NCBI GenBank assembly: GCA_963675595.2
Contig: CAXXLZ010000001.1
Span: 1,504,001-1,568,000 of the forward strand
Origin: Thermodesulfobacteriota bacterium
Lineage (GTDB): Bacteria; Desulfobacterota; Desulfarculia; JACQYL01
Length of the DNA stretch: 64,000 nucleotides
Reading direction: 5' to 3'
The notes under the pieces are model-generated. The model was given only the letters and a program-made list of their open reading frames with translations. It searched no databases and was not told the origin of the DNA. The translations under genes were made by a program, and so were the position numbers. Shown piece after piece: positions 8,336-19,208 of this stretch. The number at the start of each line of letters is the position of its first letter. Position 1 is the stretch's first letter.

Positions 8336-10211
8336 GATGAGTTCGTAAAAACCTCTCCGTAAAGGTATCTAGTTGAAAATATGAATAAAAATGGCATTTA
8401 TGGGTTGACCTTTCTTTTGGGTCCTGTATGATAAGTATCTGACTTGATTAATAATATGGTCCTTAGGGGGGTTGTTTTGTTTCGGCCTAAGAGAACGCAA
8501 AAGACCATTTTCGACCACGATATTTGCCTTCCCGCAGACAGGATCGAGGCGTTGGAGAAGACGTGGGCCGGTCCGTTCCGGCGCCTGGTGCTTCCCATGA
8601 TCGATGAGGAGTCTTTCCGGCCTTTCTACTGTGAGGACAACGGCAGGCCCAACAGACCCGTGGCCATCCTTGTCGGAGCGTGTGTTTTGAAGGAAATGAA
8701 CAGCCTGACCGATGCGGAAGTCTTGGGCGCTCTGGACTTCGATCTGCGTTGGCAATATGCCTTCAACATCAACGCCTTTGAATCTCACGTCTGCCAGAAG
8801 ACCCTGCACAATTTCCGGACCTTGATTACCGACAACAAGCAAGCGCGGAGCCTCTTTACCGGAATCACGGACGCCATCATCGAGACGGCGGCCCTTAGCA
8901 CGGACAAACAGCGGTTGGACTCCACACAGATCACTTCCAACATGGCTCATCTGAGCCGTCTGGGGCTCTTTACGCGCACCATCGAGGCGTTCTTGAAACG
9001 GCTCCATAAGAAACATCCCAAGTTGTATGAGAAACTGCCCCGACTTTACGACAAGGCCTACTTGAAGCGCGCAGGCTATTTTGCCGATGCAAAATCATCG
9101 CGGGCCAAGCGTCGTCTGGACAAGTCCGCCCGCCATCTCGCCGACCTGGTGGACCGCTTCCGAGGTCATCCGGAAATCAGCCGAATGAAAGAATACCGGC
9201 TGATGGCCCGACTACTGTCGGAGCAATGCCGTTTCACCGAGGGAGATCCCGACAAAACAGAACTCGAGAAGCCCAAGGAAATCCCTGCGGACTCCCTGCA
9301 GAATCCTTCGGATCCCGACGCCACCTATGGGCGCAAGGGCAAAGGATATAAGGCTTCCCTCACGGAGACCTGCGTGAAGGAAAATCCCTTCCAGGTGATC
9401 ACCGATGTGGACGTGGCCCCTTCCTATGACAGCGACCAGAAAGACGTGATGCCCGTTATCGAACGCCTGGAGGAAACGGGCCGCAAACCCGAAGAGTTGT
9501 TCGCCGACGCAGGCTACGGCAGCGGCGAGAACATCCTTCAAGCTCACGAGCACGGAGTCGAGCTTACCGCTCCGGTGACTTGCGGAAAAGCGCCGGATCT
9601 CAATAAGATGCAGTTGAGTGACTTTGAAACGAACGAGGACTGCACCCAGGTCGTTTACTGTATCCGGGGGCACGCGCCACTTGAATGCAAGATCGTTGAC
9701 CGCGGCAAAGCGGTGGAAGCCGTGTTTTCCCGCGAGCACTGTCTCCTATGCGAATTTCTCCCCATCTGTCCGGTAAAACGGATCAAGGGCGGAAATTATC
9801 GACTGAAGTACAAGCGCAAGGACATGGCGACCTCCAAGCGCAGACTACAGCAGGAAAGCCATGATTTCAAAGAACGCTACAAAATCCGGTCCGGCATCGA
9901 GGCCACCATCTCCGAAGCGGATCGGGTCACGGGATTGAAACGATCGTGGACCCGAGGCAAAAAACGGGTCACCTTATCTGTTTTCATGAAGGCCCTGGCC
10001 ATCAACATCAAGAGGTTCGTCCAGAGCCGCCTTGATAAGGCCAAGAAGGCCCTTTCCAACTCGATAGAGGGAGGCAGCAACGATAATTTCCGTCGTCTTT
10101 GTAGCCTATGTCACGATGACAGTAACCTTGGCAGTGTTGCAATGGCCGCTTGAACTTCCAATGCTCCAAAAAACAGCCCTGTTCGTAAAGGGGGGTTCTT
10201 ACGACGGCATC
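8336..10211 (+). mobile_element. IS1182-like (DUF772/DDE) insertion sequence, copy 1, 1876 bp
   Basis: Ends GATGAGTTCGTAAAAACC and GGTTCTTACGACGGCATC form an imperfect 18-bp IR. Same length and apparently the same sequence as 21322-23197. Flanks ACATCTT / AAAGATT are not a duplication. Confidence 0.9.
8477..10153 (+). CDS. DDE transposase (IS1182/IS4-like); probable TTG start at 8477
   Basis: NGRPNRPV, RLDSTQI, SLQNPSDPDATY, FADAGYGS, RSGIEATISE, and a Cys cluster CLLC..CP. G-rich RBS before the TTG. Confidence 0.88.
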   Translation: MFRPKRTQKTIFDHDICLPADRIEALEKTWAGPFRRLVLPMIDEESFRPFYCEDNGRPNRPVAILVGACVLKEMNSLTDAEVLGALDFDLRWQYAFNINAFESHVCQKTLHNFRTLITDNKQARSLFTGITDAIIETAALSTDKQRLDSTQITSNMAHLSRLGLFTRTIEAFLKRLHKKHPKLYEKLPRLYDKAYLKRAGYFADAKSSRAKRRLDKSARHLADLVDRFRGHPEISRMKEYRLMARLLSEQCRFTEGDPDKTELEKPKEIPADSLQNPSDPDATYGRKGKGYKASLTETCVKENPFQVITDVDVAPSYDSDQKDVMPVIERLEETGRKPEELFADAGYGSGENILQAHEHGVELTAPVTCGKAPDLNKMQLSDFETNEDCTQVVYCIRGHAPLECKIVDRGKAVEAVFSREHCLLCEFLPICPVKRIKGGNYRLKYKRKDMATSKRRLQQESHDFKERYKIRSGIEATISEADRVTGLKRSWTRGKKRVTLSVFMKALAINIKRFVQSRLDKAKKALSNSIEGGSNDNFRRLCSLCHDDSNLGSVAMAA

Positions 10212-10542
10212 AAAGATTAAGTTCATAGTGTTCCGTTTGATTTGCGCTGTCGCAACAAAGCGCAAGGCCCTTTGTTAAATTCAGCCGGCGTTTTCCTGAT
10301 ATTGAATGAAATCGTTCGATAGTCAAACCCAACCTCCTCGTCGTCAGAGGCCGAGCCCTGCCGATATCAGCGAGGCTGAATCCTACCTGGAACTCATTTT
10401 CATCAACCATACGACATCGACTTATTTGAGACGAGTATTTCCCATCGTCCCCTGATGGCGCTCCATTCTCCCGAATATCATGTTCGATATCCTCGAAACT
10501 CGGAGTCCGGATCGGTCAATTTGTACTGCGGCGATGTCCCCG

Positions 10543-11349
10543 TCAGGCTCTTGGATCACCGGGAAGATACAGTCCCGTGACTTTTCTGTAAGCCGCCGAC
10601 GTGCGGTCGCCCGGGACGCCGTCTTTTTTGACGAAGATCCCGGCAAAGGTGTTGAGCCATTCCTGAAGGTTTTCAGCGGACCGGACAACCTCCGGATTCC
10701 CGGACTTGGTGTTGGAATGCCTTACCACCAGCGGAGCCTCGTCTTCCGAGGGACCGGGTTGATCCGAGAACCCGATGAGATTGGATTCGGCCATGCGTCG
10801 AAGCAGCACGGCGGCGCCGCATTGTTTGGACACGGCCGTGTCGGACCAGGTTCCGTCGGCCACGTATTTGCCGCTCCGGTAATGGTTGGAAAAACTCCAA
10901 AGATAGGGCGACAGCACATGCGTGTGATACAGGCGATAGCCCCACCCATTGTATCGTTCCAGTTGGTAGAGTGTTCCGGCGAGGCTCCAATCGGTGCCTG
11001 CTCCCAATCCCTTGATGGAAAGGGCGTCACGGGCGCTTTCCTCCCAGGTGAACGGCGGATTGCCTCTCCTGGGCCTGCCGGAGGGTTCATGCGTGGTGCG
11101 TACCGTGAGAGGGTCTCCGTTGTGCAGATGACAATGGAAATCGCGGCCCGACTCCATGTTGTGAATTACCGAAACAAAGAACCACGGAACCCCCAATTCG
11201 TCCTCAACCGCTTGATAGCGGGGTCGGTCCGTCAGGAGGGCGGTAATGATCCCCGCAACAGTGTCCGCCCGCTCCGCCCGGATGATGCAGGAATTGAACA
11301 GGCGCTCATATTCGCCCCTCAGATTTTGCGTGAAGGTCACACCCGCCAT
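10543..11349 (-). CDS. Lysozyme-family protein (COG5526-like) with a C-terminal peptidoglycan-binding motif
   Basis: GVPWFFVSVIHNMES, HLHNGDPL, FTWEESA, ERYNGWGY, SPYLWS, GKYVADG. C-terminal LQEWLN...DGVPGDRTSAA. RBS GGAGGT. Confidence 0.82.
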   Translation of the reverse strand: MAGVTFTQNLRGEYERLFNSCIIRAERADTVAGIITALLTDRPRYQAVEDELGVPWFFVSVIHNMESGRDFHCHLHNGDPLTVRTTHEPSGRPRRGNPPFTWEESARDALSIKGLGAGTDWSLAGTLYQLERYNGWGYRLYHTHVLSPYLWSFSNHYRSGKYVADGTWSDTAVSKQCGAAVLLRRMAESNLIGFSDQPGPSEDEAPLVVRHSNTKSGNPEVVRSAENLQEWLNTFAGIFVKKDGVPGDRTSAAYRKVTGLYLPGDPRA

Positions 11350-11400
11350 GATTCACCTCCCGTGTTTTAGAAAGGAAACCCGCCGAGACCTTTTTCGCTC

Positions 11401-12372
11401 TTACCGGGTCTCGGAGGCCGAAACTCGCCGATCTTCGTCCGGATATAGCTCCTTCAGCAGGTTGAGCGCGCGAGCACGATGCCGGTTCACTTCCCGCTGA
11501 AACAAGAACCAATGGCTCTTCTCGAACCCTTCTTTCGGGGAATGAAGCCCTTCCCTTCCGTTATTCTGTTCGGTCAGTGCTTGGGACCGCCATGCGTAGC
11601 CGCATTCCTCCGTTTCTTCGTAGTCCTCCATGGCACAGATATCCCGATACGCTTCCAGGCGATCTTCCCTTTTCATGCTCATGGCCGCCGCGATCCGTCT
11701 TTCCAAGCCTTCCCATTCTTGGTCTTTTTCGGTATGCGCCAGGAAGGCAAAATAGATGTTTTCCGCCGCCTGCAGGAATCGTTCGTTGTTGTCCACCGTC
11801 TCATCCACCAACCGGCGGTCCGCCCAGATTTCCCCCACTCTGTCGGGAGCCTTCAACACTTGAGAGTGACAAACGACCGGTTCGGTTTGATTCGTGCTTC
11901 GTTTTTCCAGAGCGTCACTACCCACCCAATTGAACGTTTCCTTTAATCCGGTGAAGTTCTGATGCGCCCACGCGTCGGCATAGACATGGACGGCGATGCC
12001 GATGCGGTATGGATTTCCCGAGGCCAGGGCGGCTTTCAGAAGTCTTCTTGAGTTTTCGCTGTCCGGAATCGTGTTGAAGCGGTTATCGTGTTCCTTTCCG
12101 TCCCTTCTGCGCGATCCGGCGCTTCCGTTTTCGCCGGGCAAAAAGTGAAACAAGGGGTGGATCAGCTTCAGCTCCTCTTCCGGTTTGTCCAGATCATAGG
12201 TCTGGGATAATGGATTGATAAAAATACCTCTCGCGCCCAGATCAACCCGAAGAACGTCGCGGTTGTCGTCCACGAATTGACTCGAATAGGCGATTCGGTG
12301 GGCGTCGATCCGGGAAAACCCGGCCTTCTCCGCGAGTATATGTGTGATGTAGTAGTGAAACTCCAGATCCAT
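11401..12372 (-). CDS. DUF6765-like protein, second paralog
   Basis: MDLEFHYY, SQFVDD, LFHFLPG and HVYADAWAH align with 4370-5479. Start placed at the Met matching the paralog. Confidence 0.7.
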   Translation of the reverse strand: MDLEFHYYITHILAEKAGFSRIDAHRIAYSSQFVDDNRDVLRVDLGARGIFINPLSQTYDLDKPEEELKLIHPLFHFLPGENGSAGSRRRDGKEHDNRFNTIPDSENSRRLLKAALASGNPYRIGIAVHVYADAWAHQNFTGLKETFNWVGSDALEKRSTNQTEPVVCHSQVLKAPDRVGEIWADRRLVDETVDNNERFLQAAENIYFAFLAHTEKDQEWEGLERRIAAAMSMKREDRLEAYRDICAMEDYEETEECGYAWRSQALTEQNNGREGLHSPKEGFEKSHWFLFQREVNRHRARALNLLKELYPDEDRRVSASETR

Positions 12373-12504
12373 GGGCTGGATTGGCTCCTGTAGGATCAAC
12401 GAAAATACCCGGGCGTGGGAGGCGATTCGTCGGAGAAAGATGGGCGGGCTTCAGGAAAACTCGCAGGGAATGCCCCAGACGGGATGGAACATGACTCCGG
12501 TCTT

Positions 12505-14145
12505 CTACCTCCCCGCAACGGGTATCGCTTCGGCTTCGAGTCTCACGCCCCGTCGGTCCAGCAGGCTGCCTTCGGCCAGGTACAGGCCCACCAGGGCAAT
12601 GCGGTAATGCACCACCGCCTCGATCTCCGTGATCCGCGCGGCGAGCAAATCGCGCTGGGCCTGAGCCACCAGAAGGGCCGTGCTCGCGCCCACGTCGAAC
12701 CGCTCCTTTTCCGCGTTGAGCGTTTCCTCCTGGAGGGTCCGTGTGATCCTGGCGGCCGGAATCTGTTGACGAGCCCGCTCCACTTCATTGACGGCAAGCC
12801 GCACGTCGAGCCGAACGATCTGCCTGAGGTTCTCCACGGCCAGGGCGGCCTGACGGCGGGAAACCCGGGCCGCCAACTCCCTTGCTTTGGCCGCGCGGTT
12901 GCCGAGATAGTGACTCAGGCGAATTCCCGCGGTGAAATCGTAGGTTCCTTCATCCAGTCTCCGAAAAGAATCCGAAAACGTATCCGCATATCCGGTCCGT
13001 CCCAAATCGATGAACAGCTCCAACCGGGGCAACAGGCCGTTGCGCGTGACGACGGTTTCCAGTCGGTTCTGCCGCAGCCTGACGCGAGCCTCGTTGAGAT
13101 CGGGTCTCGACTGCTCTGAAAGCCGGAGGCGATCGGCCAAATCCGTAATGGGCTCGGGCTCGATGCGCGGTTCGCTGCGGGCGTTGATCCGAAGGTCCAG
13201 CCGCCCTTCGGCGTCCGGGCTGACCAAGCGCAGGAGTCGCAAGCGGCGTTCTTCCAAAACGCTCCGCGCGTCGATGAGAGCCTGTTCTCGGAGTGCATAT
13301 TCAGCTCGCGCGGCCGCGGCCTCAATTTCCGGCAGAACACCCACCTCGATGCGCAATTCCACTTCGTCCCGCTGCTGTTTGGCAACGGCCAGGGATCGTT
13401 CGAAAATAGCGATCTCTTCCTTGGCCAAAATGTAATTCCAATAGGCGATTTCGGCGTCGGCGAGCAGGGCTTCCACAAATCCGCGCAACTCATAAACGCC
13501 GGCCACGGTGTCGAGTTCGGCCTGACGCACGCTCGCCAAGTTCACCGCCGGCCCCAATCCGCGAAGCAGCGACTGGGTCACGGTGAGCCCCACCCGAGCG
13601 GTCTGTTGCTCCGGTGCGCGGTTGGAGATGGTGCGCTCCTGACTCACCTGAGCCTCCACCTCGGTTCCGGTGGGAAGCTGTTGGCGGACCCCCGCCACGG
13701 CCGTTGTCTCGTCTCCCTTCACCCTGAATTGTTCTCTGGTGGACCTGGAAACCTCGTTGGCCTTTTCTCTGAAGTACTCGAATTCGCCAAACAATTCGGG
13801 GTCGAACACGCCGCGTTCGATTTGTTCAAAAGTCCCGGTGATGAGGGGGTTGAGTCGTCGGACCCGAAGCTCTTGATTGCTTTGGAGCGCCAGCATGGCC
13901 ACCTGCTCCACCGACAAATCGATGGTTCCCTGGCATATCTCGGGTTCGAACGCCGGAGGCCGGGTCAACCGGGGCTGGTACTCGTCGAGAATGTCCGCGG
14001 GCTGGAAGGCGTCTTCAGCAAGGCGGCGCTGGAAATCGACCTGCAGCACGGACCATCGGTCCGGCGGTGAGCAGCCCACCGCCGGAAGCAGCCACACAAG
14101 GGTCATGAGCCATGCCCGAAACTTGGATGGGAGATGCGGTCTCAA
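12505..14145 (-). CDS. TolC-family outer membrane efflux lipoprotein
   Basis: The TTG start overlaps the RND stop (TTGA) and gives [25 protein letters not shown], a lipobox-like signal. OEP features LLPRLEL and [12 protein letters not shown]. The longer ORF-track N-terminus is a shadow within the RND gene. Confidence 0.85.
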   Translation of the reverse strand: MRPHLPSKFRAWLMTLVWLLPAVGCSPPDRWSVLQVDFQRRLAEDAFQPADILDEYQPRLTRPPAFEPEICQGTIDLSVEQVAMLALQSNQELRVRRLNPLITGTFEQIERGVFDPELFGEFEYFREKANEVSRSTREQFRVKGDETTAVAGVRQQLPTGTEVEAQVSQERTISNRAPEQQTARVGLTVTQSLLRGLGPAVNLASVRQAELDTVAGVYELRGFVEALLADAEIAYWNYILAKEEIAIFERSLAVAKQQRDEVELRIEVGVLPEIEAAAARAEYALREQALIDARSVLEERRLRLLRLVSPDAEGRLDLRINARSEPRIEPEPITDLADRLRLSEQSRPDLNEARVRLRQNRLETVVTRNGLLPRLELFIDLGRTGYADTFSDSFRRLDEGTYDFTAGIRLSHYLGNRAAKARELAARVSRRQAALAVENLRQIVRLDVRLAVNEVERARQQIPAARITRTLQEETLNAEKERFDVGASTALLVAQAQRDLLAARITEIEAVVHYRIALVGLYLAEGSLLDRRGVRLEAEAIPVAGR

Positions 14146-17100
14146 CGGGGTTCGGCCTCGTTTTCGGGATGAAAAAGGGTGTAGACCACGGGAATGAGCA
14201 CCAAGGTGATGAGTGTGGACCCGGTGAGCCCCCCCACCACCGCCCGCGCCAGGGGAGCCTGTGCGTCCGCGCCCTCTCCCACCCCGAAAGCCAGGGGGAT
14301 CAGGGCGAGGATGGTGGTGAGGGTCGTCATCAGGATGGGTCTCAACCGACGTCTTCCGGCTTCGGACACCGCGTCGCGCACGTTCATCCCCCCACGGACC
14401 AGTTGACCCGCTTGATCCACGAGAAGAATGGCGTTGTTCACCACGATGCCGCCCAGCATGATGCACCCGATGCCCGACTGAAGATTCAGCGTGGTCCCGG
14501 TCAGAAACAGGATCACGAGCACGCCCACCGCGGCCAGCGGCACGGAAAACATGACGACAAGAGGGTCGCGCAGCGATTCGTACTGGCACGCCAGTACCAT
14601 ATACACCAGCACCAACGCCAGCACGAGAGAGATCATCAGCTCGCGAAATGCCTTGGCCTGCTCCTCCACATTGCCTCCGATGTTGAGTTCGTAACCCGTG
14701 GGACGAGGTATACGATCCAGCAGAACTTGTGCGTCGGAAGCCACCGAGCCGAGGTCGCGTCCCGCCACGTTGGCCTGGACGGTCAGCACGCGCTGTTGAT
14801 CCTTACGATCGATGAGAATGGGACCGCGACTCAAGCGAGTATCTACAAGGTTCCGCAACGCCACCTGTTCTCCGGAAACAGTGGTCAGAGTGAGATCGAG
14901 AATCTCATCCAGGGAACGTTGTTCGGCATCCTTCAACTGGACGAAAATGCGATAAGAGTTGCCTCCCGTGCGGTATTCTCCGGCCTTGGACCCGGCCACC
15001 GCGGTTTCCAGGACCTCCGTTACATCGCGGACACTCAACCCGAGGTCGGCCACCTTGTCGCGGTTGATGAGAAACTCCTGCTGTGGAACACCCGATTCTT
15101 GGCTGATTCTCACATCCGTGATTCCCCGCACGCTCTCGATGGATTCCGCCGCTTTCTTCGCCAGAACCGCCAGGGTCTCCAATTTGAATCCGCGAATCTC
15201 AACGGTCAGGCCTTCGTCTCCTCCCAGAAGACGATCGAGCAGAAATTGCCCTTGGGGAGCGCGCGTGCGAATGATCATGCCGGGTATCGCTCCGGACAGC
15301 CGTTGCCTGAGGTCCGCGGCGACCTCCACATTGGAACGTTTCCGCCGGCCGGACGGCGTCAGGGACAGGCTGATTTCGCCTTCCGAGGCGGCCTCGGGTC
15401 GTCGCCCCGAAGCCCCCACGCTCACCACCGAGGCAACGGCCTCGGGTACGGCCGGATAGACGATCTTTTCCATTTGCCTGGTTTGCTCGTCGACCAACTC
15501 CAGTCGCGTGCCGATCTCCATTTCACCAGTAACGCGGACCTCTCCTTCGTCGCTGGGCGGCAGAAACTCAGTGCCGATGAGGGGCAAAAGGAGCAGGCTT
15601 GCCCCCAGAATCGCCGAGGCCGCGAGCACGGTCGCCGTTCGATGGCGTAGGGCCCGACCTAGAAGGTTGGAATAGGCATGATCAAGGCGGTTGAAAAGGA
15701 CCTCCGAAATGTGCAGGAGCCTTCCTATCCACCCCGTTCGATGCTCTGACTCACGAGAAGAGGTGAGCAGCCTGGAGGCCAACATGGGAACCAGGCTTAG
15801 AGCAACCATGAGGGAACAGAACAGGGAGAACACGATCACGTAAGCCAATTCGCGAAACAGGACGCCGGAAACACCGCGCACAAAAACCAGGGGAAGAAAG
15901 ATGACCAGGGTGGTCAGGGTGCTGGCGATGATCGCCCCTCCCACTTCCTGCGTACCTTCCACCGCCGCCGTGGACGGAGACTCGGCGTTCTCCTGACGAC
16001 GCCTGAACACGTTCTCCAGGACCACGATGGAACTGTCCACCATCATGCCCACCCCCAGAGCCAGGCCGCCCAAAGTCATCAGGTTGAGGGTGAAGCCCCA
16101 GAAATAGATCAGCGTGAAGGTAGCGATGACCGAGATGGGCATGGCCAGGGAAATGACCAAGGTGCTTCTGATGTTGCGCAGAAAAAAGAGGAGCACCGCG
16201 ACGGCCAGTCCGCCGCCGTACAGAACGGACTTGGCCACGTTGGCTATGGAGCGCTCGATGAAGTTGCCCTGGTTGATCACCGGGACAATTTTGATGCGGG
16301 GAAAGTCTTCGTTAACGCGATCAATCTCTGCGAGCACCCGTTTGGACACTTCCACGGTGTTGTCGTCCGCCTGTTTGCGTATGGCCACGCGCAGGCCTCG
16401 CCCACCGTTGACCCGTACGAGGCGTCTCAGCTTTTCATAGGTGTCCCGAACATCGGCGATCTGACGGAGCTTCACCGTGGCGCCGTCGCGACGCAACACC
16501 ACCGTGTTCCGGATTTGATCCAGATTCAGGAATTCGGCGGGGGCCCTCAGTGTCACCGTGTACCGGCCTTGGTCGATGCGGCCGGTGGGCAGGTCCAGGT
16601 TGGCATCTTTGATCGCGTCCAGCACTTGATCCAGCGGAAGCCCCATGGCCTTGATGCGGTCGGGATCCAATTCCACCCGGACCTCTCGGTTGAAACCGCC
16701 CCAAACGTCCACTTGGGCCACCCCGGGAACGTGGGCGAACCGGTAACGAACCTGATCTTCGATCAACCGGGTGAGCTCCACGGGGTCGAGGTCACTGGTG
16801 ATCCCAAGCAGAACCACGGGAAAGCTGTTGATGTCGAATTTCCTGATTTGAGGCCGTACGATATCCTCGGGCAGTTCGTTGATCTCGTCTTCGAGCTTGG
16901 AGCGAACATCCAAAGCGGCGGTGTCGATGTTCGTGCCCCAGACAAAGCTGACCCGCACGCTGCTGTGTCCTTCCGAGGACTGGGAGGTCATATCTTCGAC
17001 TCCGGGCACGGTGGCCACGATCTCCTCCACGATCTGGGTGATCAGCCGCTCCATGACCACCGGGCTCGCACCCTCGTACTCCGTTCGGATGGTCAACGTC

Positions 17101-17228
17101 GGAAGCTCGATGTTGGGAAGCAAATCGATCTGCACGCGAGTCAGGGAAACAGCCCCGAGGATCAAGACGATCAGGGTTACCATCGAGGTGAAGATGGGTC
17201 GCTGGACGCTGAATTTGGCCAGGCTCAT
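14142..17228 (-). CDS. RND efflux permease (AcrB/AcrD/AcrF family)
   Basis: 1028 aa, 12-TM pattern, [38 protein letters not shown]. Confidence 0.95.
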   Translation of the reverse strand: MSLAKFSVQRPIFTSMVTLIVLILGAVSLTRVQIDLLPNIELPTLTIRTEYEGASPVVMERLITQIVEEIVATVPGVEDMTSQSSEGHSSVRVSFVWGTNIDTAALDVRSKLEDEINELPEDIVRPQIRKFDINSFPVVLLGITSDLDPVELTRLIEDQVRYRFAHVPGVAQVDVWGGFNREVRVELDPDRIKAMGLPLDQVLDAIKDANLDLPTGRIDQGRYTVTLRAPAEFLNLDQIRNTVVLRRDGATVKLRQIADVRDTYEKLRRLVRVNGGRGLRVAIRKQADDNTVEVSKRVLAEIDRVNEDFPRIKIVPVINQGNFIERSIANVAKSVLYGGGLAVAVLLFFLRNIRSTLVISLAMPISVIATFTLIYFWGFTLNLMTLGGLALGVGMMVDSSIVVLENVFRRRQENAESPSTAAVEGTQEVGGAIIASTLTTLVIFLPLVFVRGVSGVLFRELAYVIVFSLFCSLMVALSLVPMLASRLLTSSRESEHRTGWIGRLLHISEVLFNRLDHAYSNLLGRALRHRTATVLAASAILGASLLLLPLIGTEFLPPSDEGEVRVTGEMEIGTRLELVDEQTRQMEKIVYPAVPEAVASVVSVGASGRRPEAASEGEISLSLTPSGRRKRSNVEVAADLRQRLSGAIPGMIIRTRAPQGQFLLDRLLGGDEGLTVEIRGFKLETLAVLAKKAAESIESVRGITDVRISQESGVPQQEFLINRDKVADLGLSVRDVTEVLETAVAGSKAGEYRTGGNSYRIFVQLKDAEQRSLDEILDLTLTTVSGEQVALRNLVDTRLSRGPILIDRKDQQRVLTVQANVAGRDLGSVASDAQVLLDRIPRPTGYELNIGGNVEEQAKAFRELMISLVLALVLVYMVLACQYESLRDPLVVMFSVPLAAVGVLVILFLTGTTLNLQSGIGCIMLGGIVVNNAILLVDQAGQLVRGGMNVRDAVSEAGRRRLRPILMTTLTTILALIPLAFGVGEGADAQAPLARAVVGGLTGSTLITLVLIPVVYTLFHPENEAEPR

Positions 17229-18436
17229 TCGTTTTCCGTGGACGTGCCCGTGAGAGGAGAAAGATCCGCTTGACCGGTGATATTGATTGCAGAGCCGTCA
17301 TCAAGCAACTGCTGTCCCAGGGTCACGACGCGACCGGTCAGGCCCTCTCCGTGCACTTGAACGACCTTTTCCTGCCGGATGCCTTCCCGCACGGTCCGCC
17401 AAGCGACCGATGTTCCCTCTTCATTCACCACGAACACGCCGCTTTCATCGTTGCGTTCGGTGAGTGCCTGCTCCGGGATGATGACGGCGTCTTCTTCCCG
17501 GTGAAGTACTACCGTCGCACGGATGAAGGTCCCGGGTTTCAAACGTTGTTGCGGATTTTCAACGGTCAATTCAACACGAGCCTGTCGGGTGGATTCCTGA
17601 AAGATGGGGGCGATGCGGTCGATGCGCCCCTCGAAACGTTCACCGGGGTAGGCATCGGTGGTTAAGGAGGCCCTTTGACCGGGATGAAGGTAGGTGTAGT
17701 CCTTTTCCGTCACAAATATCACTCCGGTAATCGGTTGGAGCTCCACAATGGACAGGAGCGACGTGTTGGCCGTAATGGTTTGTCCCTCGTCCACATAGCG
17801 CTCGGCCACGACGCGCCGGTCGTTGCCCCCGGTCCAGTCTGCGGTGACCCTGGTGTATCCCAGCCGTATGTTCGCCGTCTCCAACGAAGATTCGGCCCGG
17901 GTCACTTGGGCTTTGGCCACCTCGAGTTCGGCCTTGTTCGCCAATTGAGCCGCCTTGGCCTCGTCAAGCTGGGACTCGGACGTCACCCCCCGTTTGCGAA
18001 GCGTCTCGATACGGATCAGCTCTCGGCCGGCGATTTCAACGGCGCTTCGAGCTTTGACCAGGTTGGCCTTAGCCACGGCGAGATCAGCCTTGGCCTGAGC
18101 CACGGCCTGGACGTATTCGTCGTTGTCCAGTTCCGCCACGATTTGGCCCCGGTTCACCATATCGGAAATATCCACGCTCAGCCGCTCCACGCGTCCACTT
18201 ACCTTGGGAGCGACAACAAACCGGGCCGTAGGCTCGAGAGCTCCGTTGAACGTCCTCCGAAACTCAATGGGGCCATGCTCGATCGTCGCAACTTCCACCG
18301 GGACGGGTGTAGAAGCACCGCGTCGCCCGCCGGAGCTCCCGTGTTGCGAAAAACGACCATACACAACCCAAATCAATCCCACCGCCAGAAGGACCGCTAC
18401 AAGCACTGTGATAGGTCTTCGACCCGTCGGCCTCAT
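17225..18436 (-). CDS. RND membrane fusion protein (periplasmic adaptor)
   Basis: N-terminal TM, PKVSGRV, coiled-coil hairpin, LKPGTF. ATGA overlap with the permease. Confidence 0.93.
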   Translation of the reverse strand: MRPTGRRPITVLVAVLLAVGLIWVVYGRFSQHGSSGGRRGASTPVPVEVATIEHGPIEFRRTFNGALEPTARFVVAPKVSGRVERLSVDISDMVNRGQIVAELDNDEYVQAVAQAKADLAVAKANLVKARSAVEIAGRELIRIETLRKRGVTSESQLDEAKAAQLANKAELEVAKAQVTRAESSLETANIRLGYTRVTADWTGGNDRRVVAERYVDEGQTITANTSLLSIVELQPITGVIFVTEKDYTYLHPGQRASLTTDAYPGERFEGRIDRIAPIFQESTRQARVELTVENPQQRLKPGTFIRATVVLHREEDAVIIPEQALTERNDESGVFVVNEEGTSVAWRTVREGIRQEKVVQVHGEGLTGRVVTLGQQLLDDGSAINITGQADLSPLTGTSTENE

Positions 18437-18489
18437 AAGAAAGAATCCTTCGTTGGTTGGTTGGTTTCCGTCTTGGAAATCTCTTTGTC

Positions 18490-18634
18490 GGCCCGTTGAA
18501 AGAGGCCGCTTATCGCAAGCTGTTGAAAAACGATGACCTGCAAGGCGCGCAAATCCCGAGCAATGAGGCGTACCTAGAGTACACGGTGACGAGGGATGAA
18601 ATGCGCGCCGCAGTCCGCGTTTTTCAACAGTCTG
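18490..18634 (+). mobile_element. MITE, family A (CAAGCTGTTGAAAAACG...CGTTTTTCAACAGTCTG with a preceding partial end)
   Basis: Terminal IR. Internal sequence TGCAAGGCGCGC.AATCCCGAG.AA.GAG.CGTAC...GTGACGAGGG.TGAA...GCCGCAG is shared with 35272-35400 and, reversed, 59188-59309. Confidence 0.8.
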
Positions 18635-18823
18635 TATTATCCCCGTCCGATTCGCGAATCAACCGATTGCTCTTGTCTAGACCCGCCGCGTCTCATCATG
18701 GGAGATACAACCCACTTGAAGCCTCCAAAGTTGCGCAACAGCCATCGAGTCCTCCGCTTTGTTCCCCGACGCCCCTCAACATTCCCTTAGCCCTACCGGC
18801 ACGTGAATCCCGGGCGCTCTGAT

Positions 18824-18841
18824 TCCTACCATTTCGTAGGA
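18824..18841. promoter_or_regulatory. Palindrome TCCTAC-CATTTC-GTAGGA, candidate enhancer-binding-protein site upstream of the nifA promoter
   Basis: Perfect 6-bp arms, about 75 bp upstream of a sigma54 motif. Confidence 0.45.
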
Positions 18842-18914
18842 CACTCCGGCGAATGTCGGATCCCGACGGCGCATATTTCGTGTAACCTATTGATCATATG
18901 CATCTTTTTATTTT

Positions 18915-18930
18915 CGGTACGGTAGTTGCA
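18915..18930 (+). promoter_or_regulatory. sigma54 (-24/-12) promoter of nifA: CGGTACGGTAGTTGCA
   Basis: GG (18916-17), N10, GC (18928-29), with TTGCA and AT-rich upstream DNA. Confidence 0.65.
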
Positions 18931-19208
18931 TAAAACGGGTTAGGGTGACTTTTCAAATATGGTCCACCAGGATTCCGACAGGGAGTCCCAACGGAGTTCG
19001 GGCTGGATGGTCCACACAGGAAGCAACCCGAGCAATCTCCAAGGAATCAGCGAAGTCCGGTCGCCCTTTAAACTTGTTCCTTACCTCCTTTCCAGCCGAA
19101 CAGGCGTTATGCGAAAGCCGGCGAGGACGGTGAAACGAACGTGAAAGACCTTGAAAGGGAGCACGGAGAAGACCCGCCCCGGGCGCGTTTCTTCCGTGAA
19201 CAGACACG

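Noticed and set aside
8369-9016. Antisense ORFs inside both IS1182-like copies (also 9212..9739, 21355..22002, 22198..22725)
   Set aside because: Shadows of the transposase, duplicated only because the IS is duplicated.
10210-10410. 66-aa ORF next to IS copy 1 as the missing N-terminus of the sensor gene
   Set aside because: Wrong frame for a direct join, and it has no hydrophobic segments that would fit a membrane sensor N-terminus.
14146-14589. Long N-terminal extension of the TolC ORF
   Set aside because: It overlaps the RND permease in another frame. The TTG at 14145 gives a lipoprotein signal and stop/start coupling.
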